A DNA stretch of 32,000 nt from Sedimentisphaera cyanobacteriorum. GTDB taxonomy: Bacteria > Planctomycetota > Phycisphaerae > Sedimentisphaerales > Sedimentisphaeraceae. Positions within the stretch are counted from its first letter, which is position 1. Each line of letters opens with the position of its first letter. Where the stretch lies: contig NZ_CP019633.1 of the NCBI RefSeq assembly GCF_001997385.1, forward strand, positions 1,860,001-1,892,000, read 5' to 3'. The position numbers were made by a program, and so were the translations under genes. The notes beneath the pieces are model-generated. The model did no database searches and was not told the DNA's origin. It saw nothing but the letters and a program-made list of their open reading frames with translations. This document shows positions 1 through 7,765 of this stretch, in pieces.

Positions 1-1023
1 CTTGAATGGCTTGAAACTCCCGCAGATCCGCCTCCAGTACCAAACAACAGTTCAGAAAATAACTCTATTAGTCCGTTACTCAAGTGGAATAAAATCAATA
101 ACGCCAATTCGTACAGGGTTTATTTGGGGGATAGTACGGAAACAATGCAGCATTTACAAACTACAGCAGATTTAGAATATCAGGTTGCCAGTCCTCTGAA
201 AGCAAAAAACTCTTATTTTTGGCGAGTAGATGCCCTTGATGAGCAAGGAGATCTTATCCAAACCGGTGATGTATGGAAGTTTACCACTGGCGGTTTATTC
301 GGCTACTGGAAGCTTGATGAGGAAAGCGGAACCACGGTGAAAAATGCTATTGAGGGTGGTCCTGATGGTACGATTGTTGCCCCAAATAATGATTATTCCC
401 GCGAGAGCGGTGTTATAGGCAAAGCTGTAAAGTTTAGTCCAATCGATCAGACGGGCGACAATGGCCCTCGAATAGAATTGCAGGACATTGGCTCTCACGC
501 AGACATATATACCAATACATCCACTGTTGCGATGTGGCTGTACCTTGATGGTCATCAGCAGGATCCTACAGGCCTTTTCATTAACCGCGGAACCGGAACG
601 GGATTTTGGATGGCAGGTTCCAATCGACATTTGAGATATATGTGGGACAGGGGCAATTATGGCAGCGATATTACTTTGCCGCTGAATAAATGGGTTTATT
701 TGGCATGGGTTGTTGAGCCGAATAAGGCGAGCTTTTATTTGTTTGAAGACGGTGAGGTTCGTTCATGGGTCAACTCGCAATCTCATGGCCTTAACGCCTT
801 CAGCGGTCCTACACGGATTGGTGCAGAAGTATTGCAGCGGGAGCGATTTTTGAGTGGAATGATAGACGATGTTCGCATATACAATCGTCCTCTTAGTGTA
901 TCGGAGCTTCAGGAATTTTACCAATGGGAGCCTTTGCAGTCCGATCTTAATAAAAACGGCGTCGTTGATGGAAATGATTTAATGTTATTTTTTGCGGAAT
1001 GGATGTACAGTAGCATTGAATAG
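1..1023 (+). CDS. LamG (concanavalin-A-like lectin/jelly-roll) domain protein, 5'-truncated by the window edge, with a C-terminal dockerin-like Ca-binding loop
   Basis: Frame 1 is open from base 1, with no stop before the TTG at 124, so the gene begins upstream of the window. The N-terminal part (ISPLLKWNKINNANSYRVYLGD...YFWRVDALDEQG...VWKFTT) looks like an FN3/Ig-like module. The following YWKLDEESGTTVKN...GKAVKF...TVAMWLYLDG...NKWVYLAWVV...FYLFEDGE...GMIDDVRIYNRPLSVSELQEFY fits the LamG/Laminin_G_3 pattern. The tail DLNKNGVVDGNDLMLF resembles a dockerin/EF-hand loop. Confidence 0.8.
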   Translation, partial: LEWLETPADPPPVPNNSSENNSISPLLKWNKINNANSYRVYLGDSTETMQHLQTTADLEYQVASPLKAKNSYFWRVDALDEQGDLIQTGDVWKFTTGGLFGYWKLDEESGTTVKNAIEGGPDGTIVAPNNDYSRESGVIGKAVKFSPIDQTGDNGPRIELQDIGSHADIYTNTSTVAMWLYLDGHQQDPTGLFINRGTGTGFWMAGSNRHLRYMWDRGNYGSDITLPLNKWVYLAWVVEPNKASFYLFEDGEVRSWVNSQSHGLNAFSGPTRIGAEVLQRERFLSGMIDDVRIYNRPLSVSELQEFYQWEPLQSDLNKNGVVDGNDLMLFFAEWMYSSIE

Positions 1024-1096
1024 CACTTTTCCTGACTGAGATTAAGATTATAAGACTCTTGAAAATAATTATTTATCTAAATTAAAAGTACTAAAA

Positions 1097-2734
1097 ATGA
1101 AACAGTCAAACAAAAAATCAGACGTTAATTTTGACCGCAGAAGCTTTTTGTATGCCGCAGCAGGGACGGCTGTTTTCGGGTCTCTGAAATCCAAGGCGAG
1201 CTCTGATTTCTCAGGCATAAATATCCAGAGCACCCTCAGCCCAGACGAAAAGCCCAACATAATCATTATGATGACAGACCAGCAGCGTTTCGATGCTCTG
1301 GGGTGCATGGGAAATAAGGCCGTTCATACGCCAAATATAGACCGGCTTGCCAAGGAGGGCACGCTGTTTGAACGCTGCTATGTGAGCAATCCGATATGCA
1401 CGCCAAGCAGGGCTAGTATGCTAACGGGCAAAACAGTCCCCGGCCACGGGCTCTACCGCCTTTACGACAACCTGCCGGAGGATGAGGTTATGTTCCCTGA
1501 ATACCTCCGCCGCGCCGGCTACAAAACCGCAATGTTCGGCAAGATGCACACCTCCGGCCGGCTCAAGGAATCTAAAGAAAGGCACCCGCACGACGGCTTC
1601 GAGATTTATAAATGGTGCATCGAGCCTTATATCCATCAGGACAGCCCACTGAATGGATACACCAAATGGCTGAGAAAGAAAGACCCCGCCTTTGCCGAGA
1701 AGCTCAGGAAACAGGGCAGGGATATAAGCAGAATCCCGCGAGAGCTTCATATGACAAAATGGGCAGCGGACAATACGATAGACCTTATAAACGATTACAA
1801 AGAGGGGCAGCCGTTTTTCGGCATAATGAGCGTTTTCGATCCGCACAACCCCTACGAGGGATATCCGCCGGAAATGGCAAAGCTTATTGATGAGGATAAA
1901 ATCGAAGACCCGATGCTGAAAAAGAGCTCAGACGAGCCAGACCCAATAGCCTATGAAAGAAATAAATCACAGCTTGGCAGTATTGATAATTTCAGCCTTG
2001 AAGAGCTTCGGGAAATGAAAAAGAACTACCTTGCTACCATAGCATTCTTTGATGAGCAGGTTGGCAGGGTTTTGGATGCGATCGATGATAAGGGCATAGC
2101 CGAGAACACTATGGTTGTGGTAACCTCCGACGGAGGCGATATGCTCGGAGACCACAGGCTCCTTGCCAAGGGCGCCTTCCTCTACGAACAGAGCATCCGA
2201 GTTCCGCTGATAATGCGCTGGCCGAAGAAGATGCCCTCCGGCAAGCGGGTAGGAGATCTTACCCAGCTCCAGGACCTCGCCTGCACCTCGCTAAGCGCCG
2301 CAGGGATAATGAACGATAAGCTCCAGAGCACTATGCCCGAATCCGGCAACCTCACAGCTCTGGCCAACGGGAAGGCGGAGAGGTGGCGTGATTTTGCCGT
2401 CTCAACTTTCCGCAATACCGGGATTATGGTTGACGGGCAGTATCCAGACCCGCCAATACACGTAACGATGATAAGGGAAACCAGATACAAGCTCATTGCA
2501 TACCTCAACCCCCGCGGCAGCGAGGAGCCGTTTGATGGACAGATCTTTGATATGCACAAAGACCCCCACGAACTGAACAACCTCTGGGACAGTCCTGAGC
2601 ATTTGGAAATAAAGCTGCGGCTTATGTCAAGACTTGCCGGCTGGGAAACAAGGCAGGAGCTTATGCTCGGTTCGCCCATAGGCGGCGATGTCCCGGGCGA
2701 GAAAGAAAGGCTCGATAACCGCCTGAAAAAGTAA
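1097..2734 (+). CDS. Cys-type sulfatase (arylsulfatase A / S1 family) with twin-arginine signal peptide
   Basis: The leader FDRRSFLYAAAGTAVFG is Tat-like. NIIIMMTDQQRFD is followed by the formylglycine motif CTPSRASMLTG (C-x-P-S-R-x-x-x-L/M-T-G). Downstream sulfatase motifs GKMH and VVVTSDGGDMLGDH are present. The ATG lies after an A-rich leader. Confidence 0.92.
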   Translation: MKQSNKKSDVNFDRRSFLYAAAGTAVFGSLKSKASSDFSGINIQSTLSPDEKPNIIIMMTDQQRFDALGCMGNKAVHTPNIDRLAKEGTLFERCYVSNPICTPSRASMLTGKTVPGHGLYRLYDNLPEDEVMFPEYLRRAGYKTAMFGKMHTSGRLKESKERHPHDGFEIYKWCIEPYIHQDSPLNGYTKWLRKKDPAFAEKLRKQGRDISRIPRELHMTKWAADNTIDLINDYKEGQPFFGIMSVFDPHNPYEGYPPEMAKLIDEDKIEDPMLKKSSDEPDPIAYERNKSQLGSIDNFSLEELREMKKNYLATIAFFDEQVGRVLDAIDDKGIAENTMVVVTSDGGDMLGDHRLLAKGAFLYEQSIRVPLIMRWPKKMPSGKRVGDLTQLQDLACTSLSAAGIMNDKLQSTMPESGNLTALANGKAERWRDFAVSTFRNTGIMVDGQYPDPPIHVTMIRETRYKLIAYLNPRGSEEPFDGQIFDMHKDPHELNNLWDSPEHLEIKLRLMSRLAGWETRQELMLGSPIGGDVPGEKERLDNRLKK

Positions 2735-2788
2735 TCGGCTGGAGAAAACGGTCAGCATTAAAATATTTTTGATTTGAGAGGATTAAAA

Positions 2789-4255
2789 ATGAACCACAAA
2801 AAATCATTCAAAAACAGATCTGGATTAAATCGGCGTACTTTTCTCAAGTCTGCTGCTGGAGCAGCTTTTGCAGGTGCAGGAATAAAGGGGCTTTCCAGTT
2901 ATGCTCAAGCAGCTTCGAATAGTTATTTTGGAAACACTGAGGGCAGTCTGCCTAATATAGTTTTTATTATGGCCGATGACTTAGGGTACGGCGAACTTGG
3001 CTGTTATGGTCAGGAAAAGATTAAAACGCCTAACATTGACAAACTCGCATCTGAAGGGATGCGTTTCACTCAGGCCTATGCCGGTTCAAGCGTATGTGCA
3101 CCTTCACGCTCCAGCCTTTTAACGGGATTCCATAACGGTCATAACCGCATCAGGGACAATCTCCCGCATGGAGTGTTTCTGCGTCCGGATGATGTTACCG
3201 TAGCAGAAGTATTGCAGCAGGCTGGATATTATACCGGATGCGTCGGCAAATGGGGAGTCGGCAATCCCGGTTCATGGGGCGTGCCTGAGCATCAGGGATT
3301 TGATTATTTTTACGGACATAAGAATCAGGACCAGGCGCACTTTTACTACCCAGACTATCTTTGGGAGAATGACAAGGTTAAGCTGCTTCAGGAAATGGAA
3401 ATTGTTAATGAAGTAGGGAAAATGGTGGGCAACAGAGGCGGAGAGAATAGATTCTACACTCACGACCTTTTCACCAAAAAAGCTCTTCAGTTTATTGACA
3501 GGAAACATAAGAGTCCGCTCTTCCTTTATCTGCCTTATACTATCCCGCATTTTTCGGATTATCCAGCGGGTACACCCGAACATTTCATCGTGCCCGATGA
3601 TAAGCCGTACAGCGAAAAAGGCTGGACTCAAATCCAGAAAAATTATGCAGCAATGATTACACGAATGGATAAAGACGTTGGTAAAATAATTGAGCGGCTT
3701 AGAAAATACGGTCTTGAGTCAAACACGTTAGCAATATTTACCAGCGACAACGGCCCTTACGGCGGCGCACCAATAGACTTTTTTAACAGCCAAGGCCCTT
3801 TCCGAGGTAAAAAAAGAGATCTCTATGAGGGTGGTATTCGAGTACCTTTTATCGCAAAATGGCCGGGCGTAATAAAGCCGGGTACAAAGAGCGAACACAT
3901 AATAGCATTTTGGGACATCCTCCCTACTTTAGCCGAAACTGCAGGACTAAAACCGCCTGGGAATATAGATGGAATTTCTTTTCTCCCTGTTTTGAAGGGC
4001 AAGCCCCAAAAAGAACACGACTATCTATTTTGGGATTACGGCCACGTACGGAAAACCTACAAAGCCGCCTTGAGAACTGGAAAATGGAAAGGGGTTTTTC
4101 AAACCGGCAGGCCGCCGGAATTGTATAATCTCAAAAAAGATAAGGGTGAAAAAATTAATATAGCAAAACAGCACCCTGAGATTGTTCAAAAAATCAGAGC
4201 TTTGATTAATAAAGCCCGTAAGAGCACTGAAAACTATCCAAACAGGGAATTGTAG
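2789..4255 (+). CDS. Cys-type sulfatase (S1 family) with twin-arginine signal peptide
   Basis: The leader LNRRTFLKSAAGAAFAGAG is Tat-like. NIVFIMADDLGYGELGCYG is followed by CAPSRSSLLTG, then GKWG/GKWH-like and IFTSDNGP motifs. I prefer the ATG at 2789, preceded by GAGGATTAAAA, over the TTG at 2774 used in the ORF track. Confidence 0.92.
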   Translation: MNHKKSFKNRSGLNRRTFLKSAAGAAFAGAGIKGLSSYAQAASNSYFGNTEGSLPNIVFIMADDLGYGELGCYGQEKIKTPNIDKLASEGMRFTQAYAGSSVCAPSRSSLLTGFHNGHNRIRDNLPHGVFLRPDDVTVAEVLQQAGYYTGCVGKWGVGNPGSWGVPEHQGFDYFYGHKNQDQAHFYYPDYLWENDKVKLLQEMEIVNEVGKMVGNRGGENRFYTHDLFTKKALQFIDRKHKSPLFLYLPYTIPHFSDYPAGTPEHFIVPDDKPYSEKGWTQIQKNYAAMITRMDKDVGKIIERLRKYGLESNTLAIFTSDNGPYGGAPIDFFNSQGPFRGKKRDLYEGGIRVPFIAKWPGVIKPGTKSEHIIAFWDILPTLAETAGLKPPGNIDGISFLPVLKGKPQKEHDYLFWDYGHVRKTYKAALRTGKWKGVFQTGRPPELYNLKKDKGEKINIAKQHPEIVQKIRALINKARKSTENYPNREL

Positions 4256-4292
4256 TCCGCAAGGCAACCTGAAAAATAAGTTTGCTCAAATT

Positions 4293-4343
4293 AAAAAGGC
4301 ATTCTGAAGTATTTAAATAACCGTTCAGAATGCCTTTATTTTA
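4293..4343. terminator. Bidirectional rho-independent terminator between convergent genes
   Basis: A perfect 11-bp stem pairs GGCATTCTGAA (4298-4308) with TTCAGAATGCC (4324-4334), with a 15-nt loop. It is flanked by an A-run on the left and TTTATTTTAT on the right. It sits between the sulfatase stop (4255) and the stop of the minus-strand isomerase-like gene (4360). Confidence 0.7.
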
Positions 4344-4359
4344 TGGAGTTTTACGCTTT

Positions 4360-5874
4360 TTATGATTCAATCTCGGAAGGAGTGCAGTAATCCCAGCACT
4401 CAAACGGGATATTCATCTGTTCAGCCAATGCCTTCAGGTCAGCCAGATAATCCCCAAATATCGCCATTGGATGATTGCTGTTCAGGTTCTGCTCGATTTT
4501 CGCGCACAGCCTTAGATACCAGTGAGGCCAGTCCCTGTTGCATCTTTCCGTGCGTTTGAGCCACTGGTCATGCGTTGGGACATCGGTAACGCCTCTTCCC
4601 GCGCAGAGATACAGTTTGTTTTTCCTGTAGCTGAATCTAGCCCAAGTTGCCACGCCCGGCTTTTTCACAGCTGCCGAGCATGTTCCTCCGCCGGCCTTGA
4701 AATACATCGGCGTCTGCCTCTCGCTCCAAGCTCCTTCCAGAGACTCATTGCTGCCGTATGCGAAATGCGGAGCTAATGCGCCGGAATTAACAAACCAGTA
4801 CAGCCCTTCCCTGCTGTCCCAGTAGCGAAGGTCGTTGAAGCCCACCGGCTGCCCGCCTGAGAGCAGTTTGAGAACCTGCATTGTTACAGCAGCCCCGTCA
4901 TCTGCTTCGGTGGCTGAAACGAAAGTGTTCCCGTCGCCTTCAGGACGCAGTTTGTTGTTGAGGATCCCGAGGGTTAGGTCGGTGGCGGGGTAATGCTGGA
5001 TCCAGTCGAGCTGGTCTTGAACGCCGATGAAATTAAGCCCGAATTCCTTCTTCAGCTCCAGAAGCGCATAATAAACTTTCATCTGGAATATAACCATATC
5101 CTTAGTGAGAACCTTCTCCGGATCGCTGCCCAGCTTGAATTCCATGCCGTTGTCTATGAGAAACTGCATTGCCTTTTCGGCTTTGCTCTCATCGATTTTT
5201 TCTGCCATCTTTGCGAGCCTGAGCCCGTCGAAGCCCAATCGGGCAATACCGAAATACTGAAGGAAATCCGCATCAGAGATCTTGTTCCACATCTCCATCG
5301 AACGCGGGCCTACTGCCCCGTAAATCATTCCTGAGAGCTGCTCTCTAACCTTTTCGGCATTCTCCCTGTTCTCCTGAGCAACAGGTATATTGATGCTCTT
5401 TTGCTCGGGGTATTCGTATTTGCCCGTTTCTAGGAATGTTTTCACTGCCTCAAAGTATGAATCGTGGTCTTCGAAATTTTCCACGAAGAATCTGCTTGTC
5501 TCAATCCCCACCTGCGAGCAGCCTGCAGCAGCGGCCATAAGCCCTACAGCGCCGGGGAAATCGGGTATCAGGCTTCCCAGCAGAAGCTTCCTGCAGTTTT
5601 CAGATGTCTGCCAGAGGGGGGATACCACAAAGTCCGGGTATGTCCAGCCTGCAAAGAAAACGATCAGCCTTTCTGCGCTGGATTTCTGAATGGTTTGCAT
5701 TCCTTCGTAAACGCTTGAAGCAAAGCCTTTTGGATTTAGTATGTTCGGCTCCCAGCCCGCTTTCTTTATCACCTCGCAAATTTGATTTATCTGCTTCTCA
5801 GCCACGGGCCAAATGGTTTCATTGCAGACAGGGCGGGCATCCAAAGGCAGGTAAATATCGACGGTTTTGCTCAT
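4360..5874 (-). CDS. L-fucose/L-arabinose isomerase-family sugar isomerase (cytoplasmic, no signal peptide)
   Basis: The protein is 504 aa. Its overall pattern recalls the FucI/AraA-like family (COG2407-type): an N-terminal Rossmann-like part (RLIVFFAGWTYPDF), an acidic metal-site-like segment (SATEADDGAAVTMQVLKLLSGG), and a C-terminal HPMAIFGDYLADLKALAEQMNIPF block typical of the family's C-terminal domain. The substrate is not assignable from sequence. Confidence 0.65.
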   Translation of the reverse strand: MSKTVDIYLPLDARPVCNETIWPVAEKQINQICEVIKKAGWEPNILNPKGFASSVYEGMQTIQKSSAERLIVFFAGWTYPDFVVSPLWQTSENCRKLLLGSLIPDFPGAVGLMAAAAGCSQVGIETSRFFVENFEDHDSYFEAVKTFLETGKYEYPEQKSINIPVAQENRENAEKVREQLSGMIYGAVGPRSMEMWNKISDADFLQYFGIARLGFDGLRLAKMAEKIDESKAEKAMQFLIDNGMEFKLGSDPEKVLTKDMVIFQMKVYYALLELKKEFGLNFIGVQDQLDWIQHYPATDLTLGILNNKLRPEGDGNTFVSATEADDGAAVTMQVLKLLSGGQPVGFNDLRYWDSREGLYWFVNSGALAPHFAYGSNESLEGAWSERQTPMYFKAGGGTCSAAVKKPGVATWARFSYRKNKLYLCAGRGVTDVPTHDQWLKRTERCNRDWPHWYLRLCAKIEQNLNSNHPMAIFGDYLADLKALAEQMNIPFECWDYCTPSEIES

Positions 5875-6109
5875 CTTGTTTTTCCTTTCAGTTAATTCTG
5901 ACAGCTTTAATCACCACAAAATTGCTTTTGATTCGACAAATGCTTTTCTGTGAACATATTTACGCTTAAACCGGATTATATAGAATCTTCGGTTCGCTAT
6001 GAATGCCAATTAACTTCAAAAAAATAACCATTTTCGGAAAATAAGATTTACTTGCCTCAAGCTTCGCTTAAACTTATCAGCATTGATTGAAACTCTGAAG
6101 AAAAGCAAT

Positions 6110-7282
6110 ATGAAAAAAGTAATACTCCTAACAGAAGGTCTGAGCACTTATGCCCGGCAGCTTCTGGACGGGCTGTCTGAGTATTCAAGGTTGAACGGCC
6201 CTTGGGCATTTTACAGGGAATCATTAGTGCCTTTCTACAGAGCAGGGCAGGGCGAGGCGCTGCCTGAGCATATTAGATCTCTCAATGCCCACGGGGTGAT
6301 TGTGCGGCCTTCCAGCCCGAAGATAGCGCGGGCGGCTATGAGCCTTGGTCTGCCGGCGGTTGCATGCGATGATAATAATCTTATGCCGGATGTGCCGAAT
6401 ATTGTGAGCGATTATGAGGCTGTGGGCAAAATGGCGGCAGAGGATATGCTGTCCCGAGGATTCAAAAATTTCGGCTTCTGCGGCTTTGATGATATGTACT
6501 GGTCTGTACAGAGGCAGGCTTTCTTCAAAGAGACCATTGAGAAGGCGGGTTTCGATGTTAATATCTATTCAAGCCCCAAAATACCGGAACAAAACTACGC
6601 CGCTTGCGAGCTTTCAAGCTTAGCAAAGTGGGTGAGCTCTCTGCCAAAGCCTGCTGCTGTTATGGCATGCAACGACGACCGCGCAAATCAGGTGATTACA
6701 TCCTGCAATATCACAGGGATTAATATCCCTGAAGAGGTTGCGGTTTTGGGCGTGGATAATGATACCCTGCTCTGCACCCTCTCGAACCCGCACCTCTCAA
6801 GCATCGCACTTGATGCGAAGAAAGCGGGATTCAAGGCTGCTGCCCTTCTCGACAGAATGATGGATGGGCAGGAAGTTGAAAATCAGGCGGTAACAGTGCG
6901 TCCTACGCACATAGAAAGAAGGCGTTCTTCAGATATATTTGCCCTTGAAGATGAGCAGGTGGCTGCGGCGGTGCAGTTTATACACAAAAACGCAAGAGAG
7001 CCGATTCAGGTAAGCGATGTGGCAAGGGAGGCAGCCCTTTCCCCGAGAGCCCTTTACAGCAAGTTTCATAAGTTTCTCGGAAGGAGCGTTTACGAGGAGA
7101 TAAAGCGCGTTCGGATTACTGAAATCTCGCAAATGCTTCTCAGCACAGACCTGCCTGTTTATCAGATTGCCCTTTGCTTCAACTTCTCCAGCATAGAGCA
7201 TATTGGCAGGTACTTCAAAAGCTATACGGGTATCTCGCCGCTTGCCTATCGGCAAAAATACATCACCCGCGGGTTGGATTGA
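6110..7282 (+). CDS. XylR-type transcriptional regulator (LacI/periplasmic-binding-protein-like sugar sensor domain + C-terminal AraC-type HTH)
   Basis: The architecture and blocks are collinear with E. coli XylR: VILLTE...YARQLLDGLSEY, AAVMACNDDRANQVI, EEVAVLGVDND, VRPTHIERRRSSD, then AraC HTH blocks (AAAVQFIHKNAREPIQVSDVA..., IALCFNFSSIEHIGRYFKSYTGISPLAYRQ). It is divergent from the isomerase-like gene. I prefer the ATG at 6110 over the TTG at 6083. Confidence 0.85.
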   Translation: MKKVILLTEGLSTYARQLLDGLSEYSRLNGPWAFYRESLVPFYRAGQGEALPEHIRSLNAHGVIVRPSSPKIARAAMSLGLPAVACDDNNLMPDVPNIVSDYEAVGKMAAEDMLSRGFKNFGFCGFDDMYWSVQRQAFFKETIEKAGFDVNIYSSPKIPEQNYAACELSSLAKWVSSLPKPAAVMACNDDRANQVITSCNITGINIPEEVAVLGVDNDTLLCTLSNPHLSSIALDAKKAGFKAAALLDRMMDGQEVENQAVTVRPTHIERRRSSDIFALEDEQVAAAVQFIHKNAREPIQVSDVAREAALSPRALYSKFHKFLGRSVYEEIKRVRITEISQMLLSTDLPVYQIALCFNFSSIEHIGRYFKSYTGISPLAYRQKYITRGLD

Positions 7283-7415
7283 TTTAGCATATCGCTTTCT
7301 GAAAGATGCAAAGCCTTACATTTGCAAATTCTTTTCACTTCTATATATTAGCAGTCTCGAATTTGCCAGAGGATAAAATTTTCATCAGAAAATATTAAAT
7401 TCAACCGAGGCAGTA

Positions 7416-7709
7416 ATGGAAAATCAGTTCTTCATAGAGCTTCTTGAGGCGGGAATGGTGATTTGTTTCGGGGTGGCTTGGCCGATATCAATACACAAAT
7501 CCATCACCTCCAGGACCTCCAAAGGCAAAAGCTTTGTGTTTTTGCTCGTGATATTCGCCGGCTACATACTCGGCGTTTCCAGAAAAGTAATTACAGACAC
7601 ATACAGCATCGCATTCTACGCATACTGCCTGAACCTGCTGATGGTGGGCACAGATTCATTGCTCTGGCTGATCAACCACCACCGGCACGACAAAAAAACC
7701 GCCCAATAG
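7416..7709 (+). CDS. Small 3-TM membrane protein, PQ-loop/SemiSWEET-like (MtN3-clan-like) candidate
   Basis: The protein is 97 aa with three hydrophobic segments. TM1 ends in a W-P motif followed by a basic loop (GVAWPISIHKSITSRTSKGKS), reminiscent of the L-P-Q...K/R loop of PQ-loop/SemiSWEET proteins. GAGG lies 8 nt upstream of the ATG. The family assignment is tentative. Confidence 0.45.
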   Translation: MENQFFIELLEAGMVICFGVAWPISIHKSITSRTSKGKSFVFLLVIFAGYILGVSRKVITDTYSIAFYAYCLNLLMVGTDSLLWLINHHRHDKKTAQ

Positions 7710-7765
7710 GAGCGAAAATTGCTTCAGTTCCTATCGAGCGGTGGTGTGTTCATATGATAAGGCTT

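Noticed and set aside
2774-2788. Upstream TTG/ATG start extensions given by the ORF track (2774, 6083, 11566, 14501, 15069).
   Set aside because: In each case an internal ATG a few codons downstream has a better SD-like sequence and/or gives an N-terminus matching the family (signal peptide or conserved first block). The start positions nevertheless remain uncertain by a few codons.
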